From Candidatus Poseidoniaceae archaeon (GTDB taxonomy: Archaea > Thermoplasmatota > Poseidoniia > Poseidoniales > Poseidoniaceae), in NCBI GenBank assembly GCA_965662895.1, contig CBFIJH010000009.1, positions 20,496 through 84,495 of the forward strand: a DNA stretch of 64,000 bases, given 5' to 3'. This document shows positions 47,866-55,680 of the stretch, one piece after another. Every line of letters starts with the position of its first letter. Within the stretch, counting starts at the first letter, position 1. The position numbers were made by a program, and so were the translations under genes. Below the pieces are notes generated by a model that worked only from the letters and a program-made list of their open reading frames with translations, did not search any database and was not told the DNA's origin.

Positions 47866-49251
47866 ATGTCAGCAGCATTTTGGGGAACAATGGCCGTCTT
47901 CGGCGTTATAGCAATACTCGCATTCGGATTTTTACTTCTGGTCACACGCTACAAGCGCTGTGCATCTGACGAGATTCTCGTCGTATACGGTCGTGTTGGT
48001 GGCGGCCGTGCGTCGAAATGTATTCATGGTGGTGCAACCATGGTTTGGCCACTGATTCAAGATTTCAAAAAAATCAGTTTGACACCTCTAACTCTCAATG
48101 TACCGCTTTCCGGTGCTCTTTCACAACAAAATATCCGTATTGATGTTCCATCAACATTTACCGTCGGTGTAAGCACAAACCCCCTCATCATGAACAACGC
48201 TGCTGAGCGCCTTCTTCACCTCAGCCGTAATGAAATTGAAGAAATGGGCAAAGAGATTATCATCGGACAACTTCGTTTGACCGTTGCAAGTTTGACCATT
48301 GAGCAAATCAACCAAGATCGTGATGCGTTCCTTGAATTGATTCGTGACAACGTTGGTGCTGAACTTCACAAGTTGGGTCTTTACCTCATCAACGTGAACA
48401 TTATCGATATTACTGACGAATCCAACTACATCAACAGCATCGGAAAGAAAGCTGCTGCAGTTGCGGTCAACAAGGCTCTCGTCGATGTTGCAAATGCAGA
48501 GCGTGATGGTGCCATCGGTAAGGCAAACGCTGACCGAGAGCGTGAAGTCCAAGTTGCTCAAAATGTCGCTGAATCCGAGAAAGGAAAGAAGTCCGCAGAA
48601 GTCGACCGACGTGTTTTCGTTCAGCAACAAGAAGCAACTGGTGTGCAAGGTGAGAACCTTTCCCGAGCAGAGATTGCTTCTTATCAAGCCGACCTCCAAG
48701 AAAAAGAAGCTACTGCAATGCAACGTTCCGAAGTTGCTCGACGTACTGCTGAAATGGAAGTCCAAAAGGCTCAGTATATGCTTGAGCAAGAGCGACTCCG
48801 TGCTGAAGAAATTGTTAAAGAAGAGATTTCGAAGACACAAATCGAAATTGCTGCAGAGGCCGAAGCAGAACGCCAACGCCGTATCGCACAAGGTGAGGCT
48901 GACGCAATTCTCGCACGCTACAACGCTGAAGCTGAAGGTACCCGAGCAGTCCTTGAGGCCAAAGCGAATGGTTACAGAGAACTTGTTACGAGTGCAGGTG
49001 GCGATCCGAAAGCCGCAGCGACACTGTTGATGGTAGAGAAGATCGAAGAGATTGTCGCTCGACAAACCGAAGCCATCTCCAACCTCCAAATCGACAAGAT
49101 TACGGTATGGGATTCAGGCAACGGCGGAGAAGGTGGAAGCACCGCGAACTTCGTTTCGTCTTTGATTCACTCGCTACCGCCTGTCCATGATGTGGCGAAG
49201 ATGGCTGGTGTTGACCTTCCGGATTACCTCGGTTCAATGAAGGAAGAATGA
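47866..49251 (+). CDS. Flotillin-family SPFH protein
   Basis: N-terminal TM, SPFH domain (GQLRL.VA.LTIEQINQDR), long AE-rich coiled coil, IDKITVWDSG; SD AGGTGA. Confidence 0.92.
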   Translation: MSAAFWGTMAVFGVIAILAFGFLLLVTRYKRCASDEILVVYGRVGGGRASKCIHGGATMVWPLIQDFKKISLTPLTLNVPLSGALSQQNIRIDVPSTFTVGVSTNPLIMNNAAERLLHLSRNEIEEMGKEIIIGQLRLTVASLTIEQINQDRDAFLELIRDNVGAELHKLGLYLINVNIIDITDESNYINSIGKKAAAVAVNKALVDVANAERDGAIGKANADREREVQVAQNVAESEKGKKSAEVDRRVFVQQQEATGVQGENLSRAEIASYQADLQEKEATAMQRSEVARRTAEMEVQKAQYMLEQERLRAEEIVKEEISKTQIEIAAEAEAERQRRIAQGEADAILARYNAEAEGTRAVLEAKANGYRELVTSAGGDPKAAATLLMVEKIEEIVARQTEAISNLQIDKITVWDSGNGGEGGSTANFVSSLIHSLPPVHDVAKMAGVDLPDYLGSMKEE

Positions 49252-49327
49252 TTCGGTCTCCGAAAAACGCAACCGAATGCGACGCGTTTGCCCTGGAAGC
49301 AGGGTTTGATTTGTAAGCCGAATTGAC

Positions 49328-51055
49328 ATGCGGGTAACCATGGCAACTGACTTGGAGATTGCTCGTGCTGCACAATTACAACCAATTGAGACCATTGCAT
49401 GGAAATTGGGCATTCCTTCTGGAGAATTGATTCCTCATGGCCAATACATGGCAAAGTTAACTTGGGATGGAATGAAACAACGTTTCGGTTCTTCCAAAGG
49501 CAACCTTATTCTTGTCACGTCGGTCAATCCAACACCGTTTGGAGAAGGGAAAACGGTTACAACAATTGGACTCACTCAAGCCTTGTGCCACATTGGAAAG
49601 AATGCAACGTGCGTCATTCGTGAGCCTTCAATGGGTCCGGTCTTTGGCATCAAAGGAGGTGCTGCAGGTGGTGGTCAATCGCAAGTTCTTCCGATGGAAG
49701 AAATCAATCTTCACTTTACTGGAGACCTTCATGCTGTTACATCCGCGCACAACCTGCTCTCCTCACTGATTGACAATCATCTCAAGCATGGGAATGCCTG
49801 CAATATTGACACGAACCGGGTGTTTTGGCCACGAGTGGTTGATTTGAACGATCGCTCACTTCGAGAGGTCGTTATTGGACTCGGCGGTCCAGCAAATGGG
49901 AACGTTCGACAAGATCGATTTGACATAACTGCTGCCTCTGAAATCATGGCAATTCTTGTTCTGGCTAAAGATTACGAGGATTTACGAAAGCGACTGGGAG
50001 AAATCGTCATCGCTGAATCTGTGGAAGGTCATCCAATCAAGGCAGAGCAAATCGAGGCTGCTGGAGCGATGGCATTGCTTCTTCGTAATGCCTTCCTTCC
50101 GAACTTGGTCCAGACGCTGGAAGGGAATCCTGCATTCATCCATGGTGGTCCATTTGCGAACATTGCTCACGGAAATTCATCCATTGTAGCCGACCGTATT
50201 GCGCTCTCTTGTGCAGATTATGTTGTCACAGAAGCTGGTTTTGGTAGCGATATGGGTGCGGAGAAATTTATGCACATTAAGGCCAACACTTCCGGTAAGG
50301 CTCCGGATTGTGTTGTGATGAATGTTACCGTCAGATCGATGAAACTTCACGGTAAAGCCTTCGGAGAACGCGGCGGTTATCGCCCTTCAAAAGAAGAATT
50401 GGAAACTGAAAACGTGCAGGCGGTCGTTGCCGGAGCTACTTCGAATCTCGACCGTCACATCAAGAACATGGCACGATTTGGTGTCCCTGTTGTTGTCTCA
50501 ATCAACCGATTTGCGAGCGATACTGAAGCAGAACTTGAGGCCATTGAGTCCGCTGCTCGAGCGAGTGGAGCCAGTCGTGTTTGTCGTACAGAAGTTCACG
50601 CAAAGGGAGGAGAGGGTGGAACCGATTTAGCCCACGCCGTCGTCGAAGCGATTCACGACCATGTTGCTGCAGGACGACCCTTTGTTCCGATTGTCGCACC
50701 ATCAGACTCGATTGAGGACAAGGTGCATTCGATTGCAACAAGGATGTATGGTGCGAATGGTGTGAACATGGAAGCCGCCGCGAAACGTCAACTCAAGAAA
50801 ATACAAAATTGGGGATATGGGAGTCTTCCTGTATGCATGGCAAAAACCCAGTATTCGTTTTCCCATGATGCTGGTTTGCTTGGTGCACCAACCGGTTTTG
50901 ACTTACCCGTTCGGGAATTTCGCTTGAATGCTGGGGCTGGTTTTGTTGTCGCCATTCTCGGATCAATGATGACCATGCCTGGTCTTCCAAAGCGACCCGC
51001 AGCAAACGACATGGATATGGATGAGGACGGGCACCTGAAGGGTGTCTTCGGGTGA
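49328..51055 (+). CDS. fhs: Formate--tetrahydrofolate ligase
   Basis: PTPFGEGKT, IKGGAAGGG, NLHFTGD, HGGPFANIAHG, VTEAGFG, KTQYS, MPGL; start may be 49340. Confidence 0.96.
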   Translation: MRVTMATDLEIARAAQLQPIETIAWKLGIPSGELIPHGQYMAKLTWDGMKQRFGSSKGNLILVTSVNPTPFGEGKTVTTIGLTQALCHIGKNATCVIREPSMGPVFGIKGGAAGGGQSQVLPMEEINLHFTGDLHAVTSAHNLLSSLIDNHLKHGNACNIDTNRVFWPRVVDLNDRSLREVVIGLGGPANGNVRQDRFDITAASEIMAILVLAKDYEDLRKRLGEIVIAESVEGHPIKAEQIEAAGAMALLLRNAFLPNLVQTLEGNPAFIHGGPFANIAHGNSSIVADRIALSCADYVVTEAGFGSDMGAEKFMHIKANTSGKAPDCVVMNVTVRSMKLHGKAFGERGGYRPSKEELETENVQAVVAGATSNLDRHIKNMARFGVPVVVSINRFASDTEAELEAIESAARASGASRVCRTEVHAKGGEGGTDLAHAVVEAIHDHVAAGRPFVPIVAPSDSIEDKVHSIATRMYGANGVNMEAAAKRQLKKIQNWGYGSLPVCMAKTQYSFSHDAGLLGAPTGFDLPVREFRLNAGAGFVVAILGSMMTMPGLPKRPAANDMDMDEDGHLKGVFG

Positions 51056-51061
51056 ACATCG

Positions 51062-52126
51062 ATGCGTATTCTCAATCGAACTGAAAATCACTGGAAGCTT
51101 CGTCTTGAGACAGAAGACGATCTATGGGTTCTCGCTCGTTTGGCCTCACAAGGACGCAATTTAGCAATGCTCGGGGAGCGTCGAGATACGACGACTGCTG
51201 AATCTGGATCACGAGCAAAATCTGCTGAGCGAAAGAGAATGTGGATTGAATTACGAATTCTCAATACCGAATACCAGTCTTACTCTGATATTCTGCGCGT
51301 CCATGGAACAATTGAACAAGCACCAATCGACATTGGCTCACACCATACACATCTGATTGAAGTTGGTGATGAAATCGACCTTACTGCAAGTGAAGCTTTT
51401 CCAGAATTTGATGTTGCATTACTGAACGATGCGATCGAATCCTCAAACAAATCCAACGTAGCCATTGTTGTGGTTGAAAATGACGAAATTATCCTCTTTG
51501 AGGTTACTTCAAGGGGGCTAAGAGAAGGTGCGACTTGGACGATGCGGGGTGGAGGAAAACGAGGAGATGTACGGACTTCTGAGGCAGTTGCTCAATCTTT
51601 TCGAAAACAGGTGGTGAAAGAAATCCTTTCAGCAACCAATCGTCAGTTGCCCATGATTTTATGCGGCCCAGGTCATGCTCGTGAAAAAGTCAAATCTGTT
51701 GTTCTCGAAATGGAACCTGAACGGAATGTTCGCCTAATCGGTACGGCAATGGCAGGACGAGCAGGTGCAAATGAGGTGATTCGTGAAGGACTTGCAAACG
51801 AATTGTTGGAAGATCATGCCATCCTCAAAGAAATGCAATTACTTGATGAGGTCTGGAAAAGAATCAGTTCGGATGGAGCGGTTGCATACGGTGAACAAGC
51901 ACTTGTTCGGGCCATGACTGAAGGTGCGATTGAAACATTGCTCGTTGCGGCAGATTTACTTCGAAATGAAGAAACCAAACTTGATGGTGAGCTTTTACGC
52001 GAATGGGTGAGGCGTTTGGACGGTGTTGGGGGAAGCCTGGTTCAATGTTCGACCGATCATGATGCAGGTGAGCAACTTCTAGGTTTAGGTGGAGTTGTTG
52101 CACTTCTCCGATACAAGATGGTGTAA
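51062..52126 (+). CDS. pelA: Pelota/Dom34 ribosome rescue factor
   Basis: ETEDDLWVL, LRVHG.I, HHT, GPG, AVAYG, GAIETLL, GEQL.GLGGVVALLRY. Confidence 0.9.
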   Translation: MRILNRTENHWKLRLETEDDLWVLARLASQGRNLAMLGERRDTTTAESGSRAKSAERKRMWIELRILNTEYQSYSDILRVHGTIEQAPIDIGSHHTHLIEVGDEIDLTASEAFPEFDVALLNDAIESSNKSNVAIVVVENDEIILFEVTSRGLREGATWTMRGGGKRGDVRTSEAVAQSFRKQVVKEILSATNRQLPMILCGPGHAREKVKSVVLEMEPERNVRLIGTAMAGRAGANEVIREGLANELLEDHAILKEMQLLDEVWKRISSDGAVAYGEQALVRAMTEGAIETLLVAADLLRNEETKLDGELLREWVRRLDGVGGSLVQCSTDHDAGEQLLGLGGVVALLRYKMV

Positions 52127-52128
52127 GC

Positions 52129-52434
52129 ATGAAAATCATCCACTTTCATGAATTGGGAGAAGATGTTCGAGAATCGATGAAAGGTGCTCGATGGATACTC
52201 TTGCAACAAGAAGATATTCCAAACGCTCTATCTGTTCTTATGTTCGCTGAATTGGATGGGGTATTGGTGGCTGTTGATCATCGCCAATCAACACCCGATG
52301 ATGGACTCTGGCGACGTGCAGTCCACCTACTTCTTGTTGCGGAGAGCGAAAATTCCGAACAGATCCGTCAACAAAGTGGAATTACAAAAGTCGTTGCGAG
52401 TAATTCAACATCACTCGAGGAACACATATGGTAA
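52129..52434 (+). CDS. Hypothetical protein
   Basis: 2 nt after pelota stop, ends 1 nt before tRNA-Val. Confidence 0.7.
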   Translation: MKIIHFHELGEDVRESMKGARWILLQQEDIPNALSVLMFAELDGVLVAVDHRQSTPDDGLWRRAVHLLLVAESENSEQIRQQSGITKVVASNSTSLEEHIW

Positions 52435-52508
52435 TGGGTCCGGAGGGAATTGAACCCTCGATCTTCGCCTTGTAAGGGCGACGTCATGAACCCCTAGACC
52501 ACAGACCC
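52435..52508 (-). tRNA. tRNA-Val(TAC), no intron, CCA not encoded
   Basis: Reverse complement GGGTCTG...TCGCC-CT-TAC-AA-GGCGA...GAGGG-TTCAATT-CCCTC-CGGACCC-A. Confidence 0.93.
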
Positions 52509-52567
52509 AACCCTCCGTTGTTGGTGACGTATTTGAAACGCTTGGCAATGCAATAACCTCAAAACCG

Positions 52568-53296
52568 ATGCGCAACCCCAGCCGAACAATGGATGAGGAG
52601 GCTCAAGCCGCTGCGGCGCGACTGGTTCGCCGTCTGAAGGATGGTTACACCATCACCATTGCAGAGTCGTGTACAGGCGGCTTACTTGCCAGCACGCTAA
52701 CCGATATTGCTGGTGCAAGCAAGTGGTTCAATCAATCATGGGTGACGTATTCCAATGATGCAAAAATGCGTGAACTCAATGTCAATCCAAAGACGCTGGA
52801 GAAACGCGGGGCAGTTTCTGCAGAAGTCGCCATTCAAATGGCACAAGGAGCTCTTGCACGAGCAAATGCCGATATTGCCATCTCCATCACTGGTATTGCA
52901 GGACCGAGTAACGAAGGAACCAACAAAAAGGTTGGATACGTTTACGTAGGAATCGCATCGAGATCATGGGCTATTTCAGAAGCAACACAAATTGGTGGAA
53001 GTCGGCAAGAAAACAAAGAAGGTTTTGTTCATTTCGCTCTTCTAACTGCTATACGTCACTGGGATCAGGCAATGGAGATTGCCGAAAAGACACTCCAAGA
53101 TGAAATCCAACGAAGAGAAGAAGAAGCCCGTATCAAAGCGCTCGAAGAAGTTGCTCGCAACCAACGAGCGCAGGCGGCTGCCCGCTCAGCTGAGTGGCAA
53201 GCACAGACATGGTCCGAAAAATCCGCAACTGCCACAGATCCAAATTTAGGAACAGATGTTGAATGGTCAGATGACTCAGCAAATGAATCAACATGA
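52568..53296 (+). CDS. pncC: CinA C-terminal domain / NMN deamidase (PncC) with charged C-terminal extension
   Basis: AESCTGGL, GAS, VTYSNDAK, GAVS, SITGIAGP; start may be 52589. Confidence 0.85.
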   Translation: MRNPSRTMDEEAQAAAARLVRRLKDGYTITIAESCTGGLLASTLTDIAGASKWFNQSWVTYSNDAKMRELNVNPKTLEKRGAVSAEVAIQMAQGALARANADIAISITGIAGPSNEGTNKKVGYVYVGIASRSWAISEATQIGGSRQENKEGFVHFALLTAIRHWDQAMEIAEKTLQDEIQRREEEARIKALEEVARNQRAQAAARSAEWQAQTWSEKSATATDPNLGTDVEWSDDSANEST

Positions 53297-53302
53297 AGCC
53301 TT

Positions 53303-54910
53303 TTGGAGGGTCGTCTCCCATTGGAACATATGCCTGCGGAATGGGGGTCAATTTCGCAGGAATTGATGAAGCGGGGCATTCTTGTAACAACAGGAGTCAA
53401 AGAGAAGTTGCTCTCACTTCACGACCCCATAAAAACTCTTGACTTAGGATCAAAAATTGGCTTTTCCAGGGGCATGCTTACCTTAGATATGCTCAATGAA
53501 ATGTTAGCTTTTTCAGCATCGGAATCAGAAGAAAAAACCGACGTCATATCCCAGCCAATCGGACGAACAATTGCTCCAATCAAAGAACCTGAACCTGTGA
53601 AAATTCAATATCGAAACAATCTTCCCGATTGGAAGGAGAAAGATTTCTCCGGGATGGCTACAGATGTCGACAACGATATTTTGATTCATTACGATATCAC
53701 AGGAAACAGTACAACTGAAGGCAAAATGGGGCATATTCAGGCTTGTTTTAATGACAGGCTGGACAGTATTCGAAAAATGATCGTCAAGAATTCGAGATTG
53801 CCTCGAAAACCACAAGAAATTGGTCGATTGAATGTTGAATATCGTCGATACCAAGGATATGAAAATCTGGCAGTTGCAATTGGTTTGGTGAACGAACCAC
53901 GACATACCAAAAATGGGCACTTGTTGTTCGGTCTTGAGGATGAAACTGGAGAAATGAATTGTTTGCTCACGATTCGTCAAGGTGATGACCGTGATCGAAT
54001 GCATGAGCAGGTGGTTGAAGCTGGTTTGATGCCTGATGATGTGCTTGGTGTAAGCGGATCGTTCTCACAGACGGGAGACATATTCTATGTGGATGACTTA
54101 TTTTTCCCGATGAAAGACAAGCATGAAAAGAAAAGTGCAGATATTGGAGTCAGTGTTGCATTTTTATCCGATATTCACGTTGGTTCGAAAACCTTCCTTG
54201 AAGCACAATGGCACAAGATGGTCCGATGGTTTCACACCGACCCGCTTGCAAAGACAATCAAATACCTGATATTAAGCGGTGATTGTGTCGATGGCGTAGG
54301 CATTTATCCGGGCCAAGATAAGGAGCTTTCAATTCCAGACCTCTTTGGTCAATACAGTGAATTCGCTCGTTTGTTGGAGTTGTTACCCGATTGGGTTGAA
54401 TGCGTCATGCTTCCAGGGAATCACGATGCTGTCAGGCCAGCTGAACCTCAACCGACATTTGAGAAAGATATCCAACAAGATTACAACAAAACAACATTTG
54501 TTGGAAATCCATGTGACTTTTCGCTTCATGATGTTCGCTTGCTCTCCTATCATGGGAAATCGATTGACGATTTTGTTGCCGGTTTGAGGACCGTTACGTA
54601 TTCCGAGCCGGTTGAAGCAATGCGTCAGATGCTAAGAAGAAGACATTTAGCGCCCCAATGGGGGGGTAAAACACCATTATCTCCAGAACTTGAGGATGGG
54701 CTCGTCATCCGTGAAGTTCCAGATATTTTTGTCACTGGCCACGTCCATGGTCATGCCTGTCTCGATTTCAGAGGTACAACACTTGTTTGTTCATCCACTT
54801 GGCAAGATCAGACGTCCTACCAGAAGATGCTTGGATTCCAACCAAAGCCATGCATGTTAACAATCGTCAACCTACAGTCGCACAAATCGACTTCAATTCC
54901 CTTCGCTTGA
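53303..54910 (+). CDS. polD1: DNA polymerase D small (proofreading) subunit DP1
   Basis: OB fold (LEDETG), SDIHVGS, GDCVDG.GIYPGQ, PGNHD..R.AEPQP, RRHLAP, GHVH, WQ.QT. Confidence 0.95.
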   Translation: MEGRLPLEHMPAEWGSISQELMKRGILVTTGVKEKLLSLHDPIKTLDLGSKIGFSRGMLTLDMLNEMLAFSASESEEKTDVISQPIGRTIAPIKEPEPVKIQYRNNLPDWKEKDFSGMATDVDNDILIHYDITGNSTTEGKMGHIQACFNDRLDSIRKMIVKNSRLPRKPQEIGRLNVEYRRYQGYENLAVAIGLVNEPRHTKNGHLLFGLEDETGEMNCLLTIRQGDDRDRMHEQVVEAGLMPDDVLGVSGSFSQTGDIFYVDDLFFPMKDKHEKKSADIGVSVAFLSDIHVGSKTFLEAQWHKMVRWFHTDPLAKTIKYLILSGDCVDGVGIYPGQDKELSIPDLFGQYSEFARLLELLPDWVECVMLPGNHDAVRPAEPQPTFEKDIQQDYNKTTFVGNPCDFSLHDVRLLSYHGKSIDDFVAGLRTVTYSEPVEAMRQMLRRRHLAPQWGGKTPLSPELEDGLVIREVPDIFVTGHVHGHACLDFRGTTLVCSSTWQDQTSYQKMLGFQPKPCMLTIVNLQSHKSTSIPFA

Positions 54911-55573
54911 AGGGAGTTCAATGTGTTCGAGAATATGTGTCAAATTCTTTTCGGTAATGATAGGAACTCCAACCGCTGTGAACGCTTTTTTCGAGGATTC
55001 TCTCGTCGGATTGAAACCGATGAAATGGCTCCCATCAACCATCATCGAAAGATCCATTTCAGAATCTCCGATTGAGACGACTTCTTCTGGCTTGAAACCG
55101 TGCATTTGCATCAACCGATGGATAACATCGCCTTTGCCGGATGCATGCAATCGACAGACACCATCATCCGTTAGATACCCTTCTTTATCAAATTCAAATC
55201 CATTGGCAATCCAATCATCGACTTTGAGCATTGCTGCAATGCTGCTTACGAAGAGATCAACACCAGCACTCACAATGGCGACATAGATTCCTGCGTCTTG
55301 CAGCTTCTGGATTGTTTCACGGGCCCCATTCATGAGGCCACATCCAGAGTACATTCTGAACAATTCGTCCTTATGGATCGGGTTTCGAATGGCCTTCCAC
55401 ATCGCAATGTCGGATCGCATAAATTCAACATCGGTCAATTCACCAGCAATGAATCGAGAAAGATTCGTGCTGTTGTCGGTTCCGAACCCATCGTGCAGTG
55501 TTTTCCATGAACTCACTGAATCAACAAGGACTCCATCACAATCAAAAACAACACATCGACACTCGTTGGCCAT
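54893..55573 (-). CDS. HAD-superfamily phosphatase (phosphoserine phosphatase-like, subfamily IB)
   Basis: VVFDCDGVL, SSW, IVSAG, K, IGDSEMD; start moved to ATG 55573. Confidence 0.85.
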   Translation of the reverse strand: MANECRCVVFDCDGVLVDSVSSWKTLHDGFGTDNSTNLSRFIAGELTDVEFMRSDIAMWKAIRNPIHKDELFRMYSGCGLMNGARETIQKLQDAGIYVAIVSAGVDLFVSSIAAMLKVDDWIANGFEFDKEGYLTDDGVCRLHASGKGDVIHRLMQMHGFKPEEVVSIGDSEMDLSMMVDGSHFIGFNPTRESSKKAFTAVGVPIITEKNLTHILEHIELPSSEGN

Positions 55574-55624
55574 ACCCAACGCTATGTATGAACGCTTGAA
55601 AGCGTTCGCATAGCACCAGAAGAT

Positions 55625-55653
55625 TGGGCCGGTGGCTGTGTGCCACCGGCCCA
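55625..55653 (-). terminator. GC-rich hairpin downstream of giant pilin-fusion gene (terminator or 3' stabiliser)
   Basis: 12-bp perfect stem TGGGCCGGTGGC / GCCACCGGCCCA, 5-nt loop, 27 nt after the stop at 55681; no long U-tract. Confidence 0.5.
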
Positions 55654-55680
55654 TCAACTGTTCTCAGTTGTACTCAATCT

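Noticed and set aside
48151-49089. 312-aa antisense ORF opposite flotillin
   Set aside because: Phe/Ser/Leu-rich mirror of an Ala/Glu/Lys coiled coil with biased codons; no protein features
47231-49251. NfeD-flotillin pair as a novel system
   Set aside because: Well-described conserved prokaryotic gene pair
39728-52508. tRNA-anchored integrative element or prophage
   Set aside because: No integrase, no duplicated tRNA 3' end noticed, and the flanks are housekeeping genes
37519-54910. Inteins in RFC-S or DP1
   Set aside because: Protein lengths are normal and no intein motifs are visible
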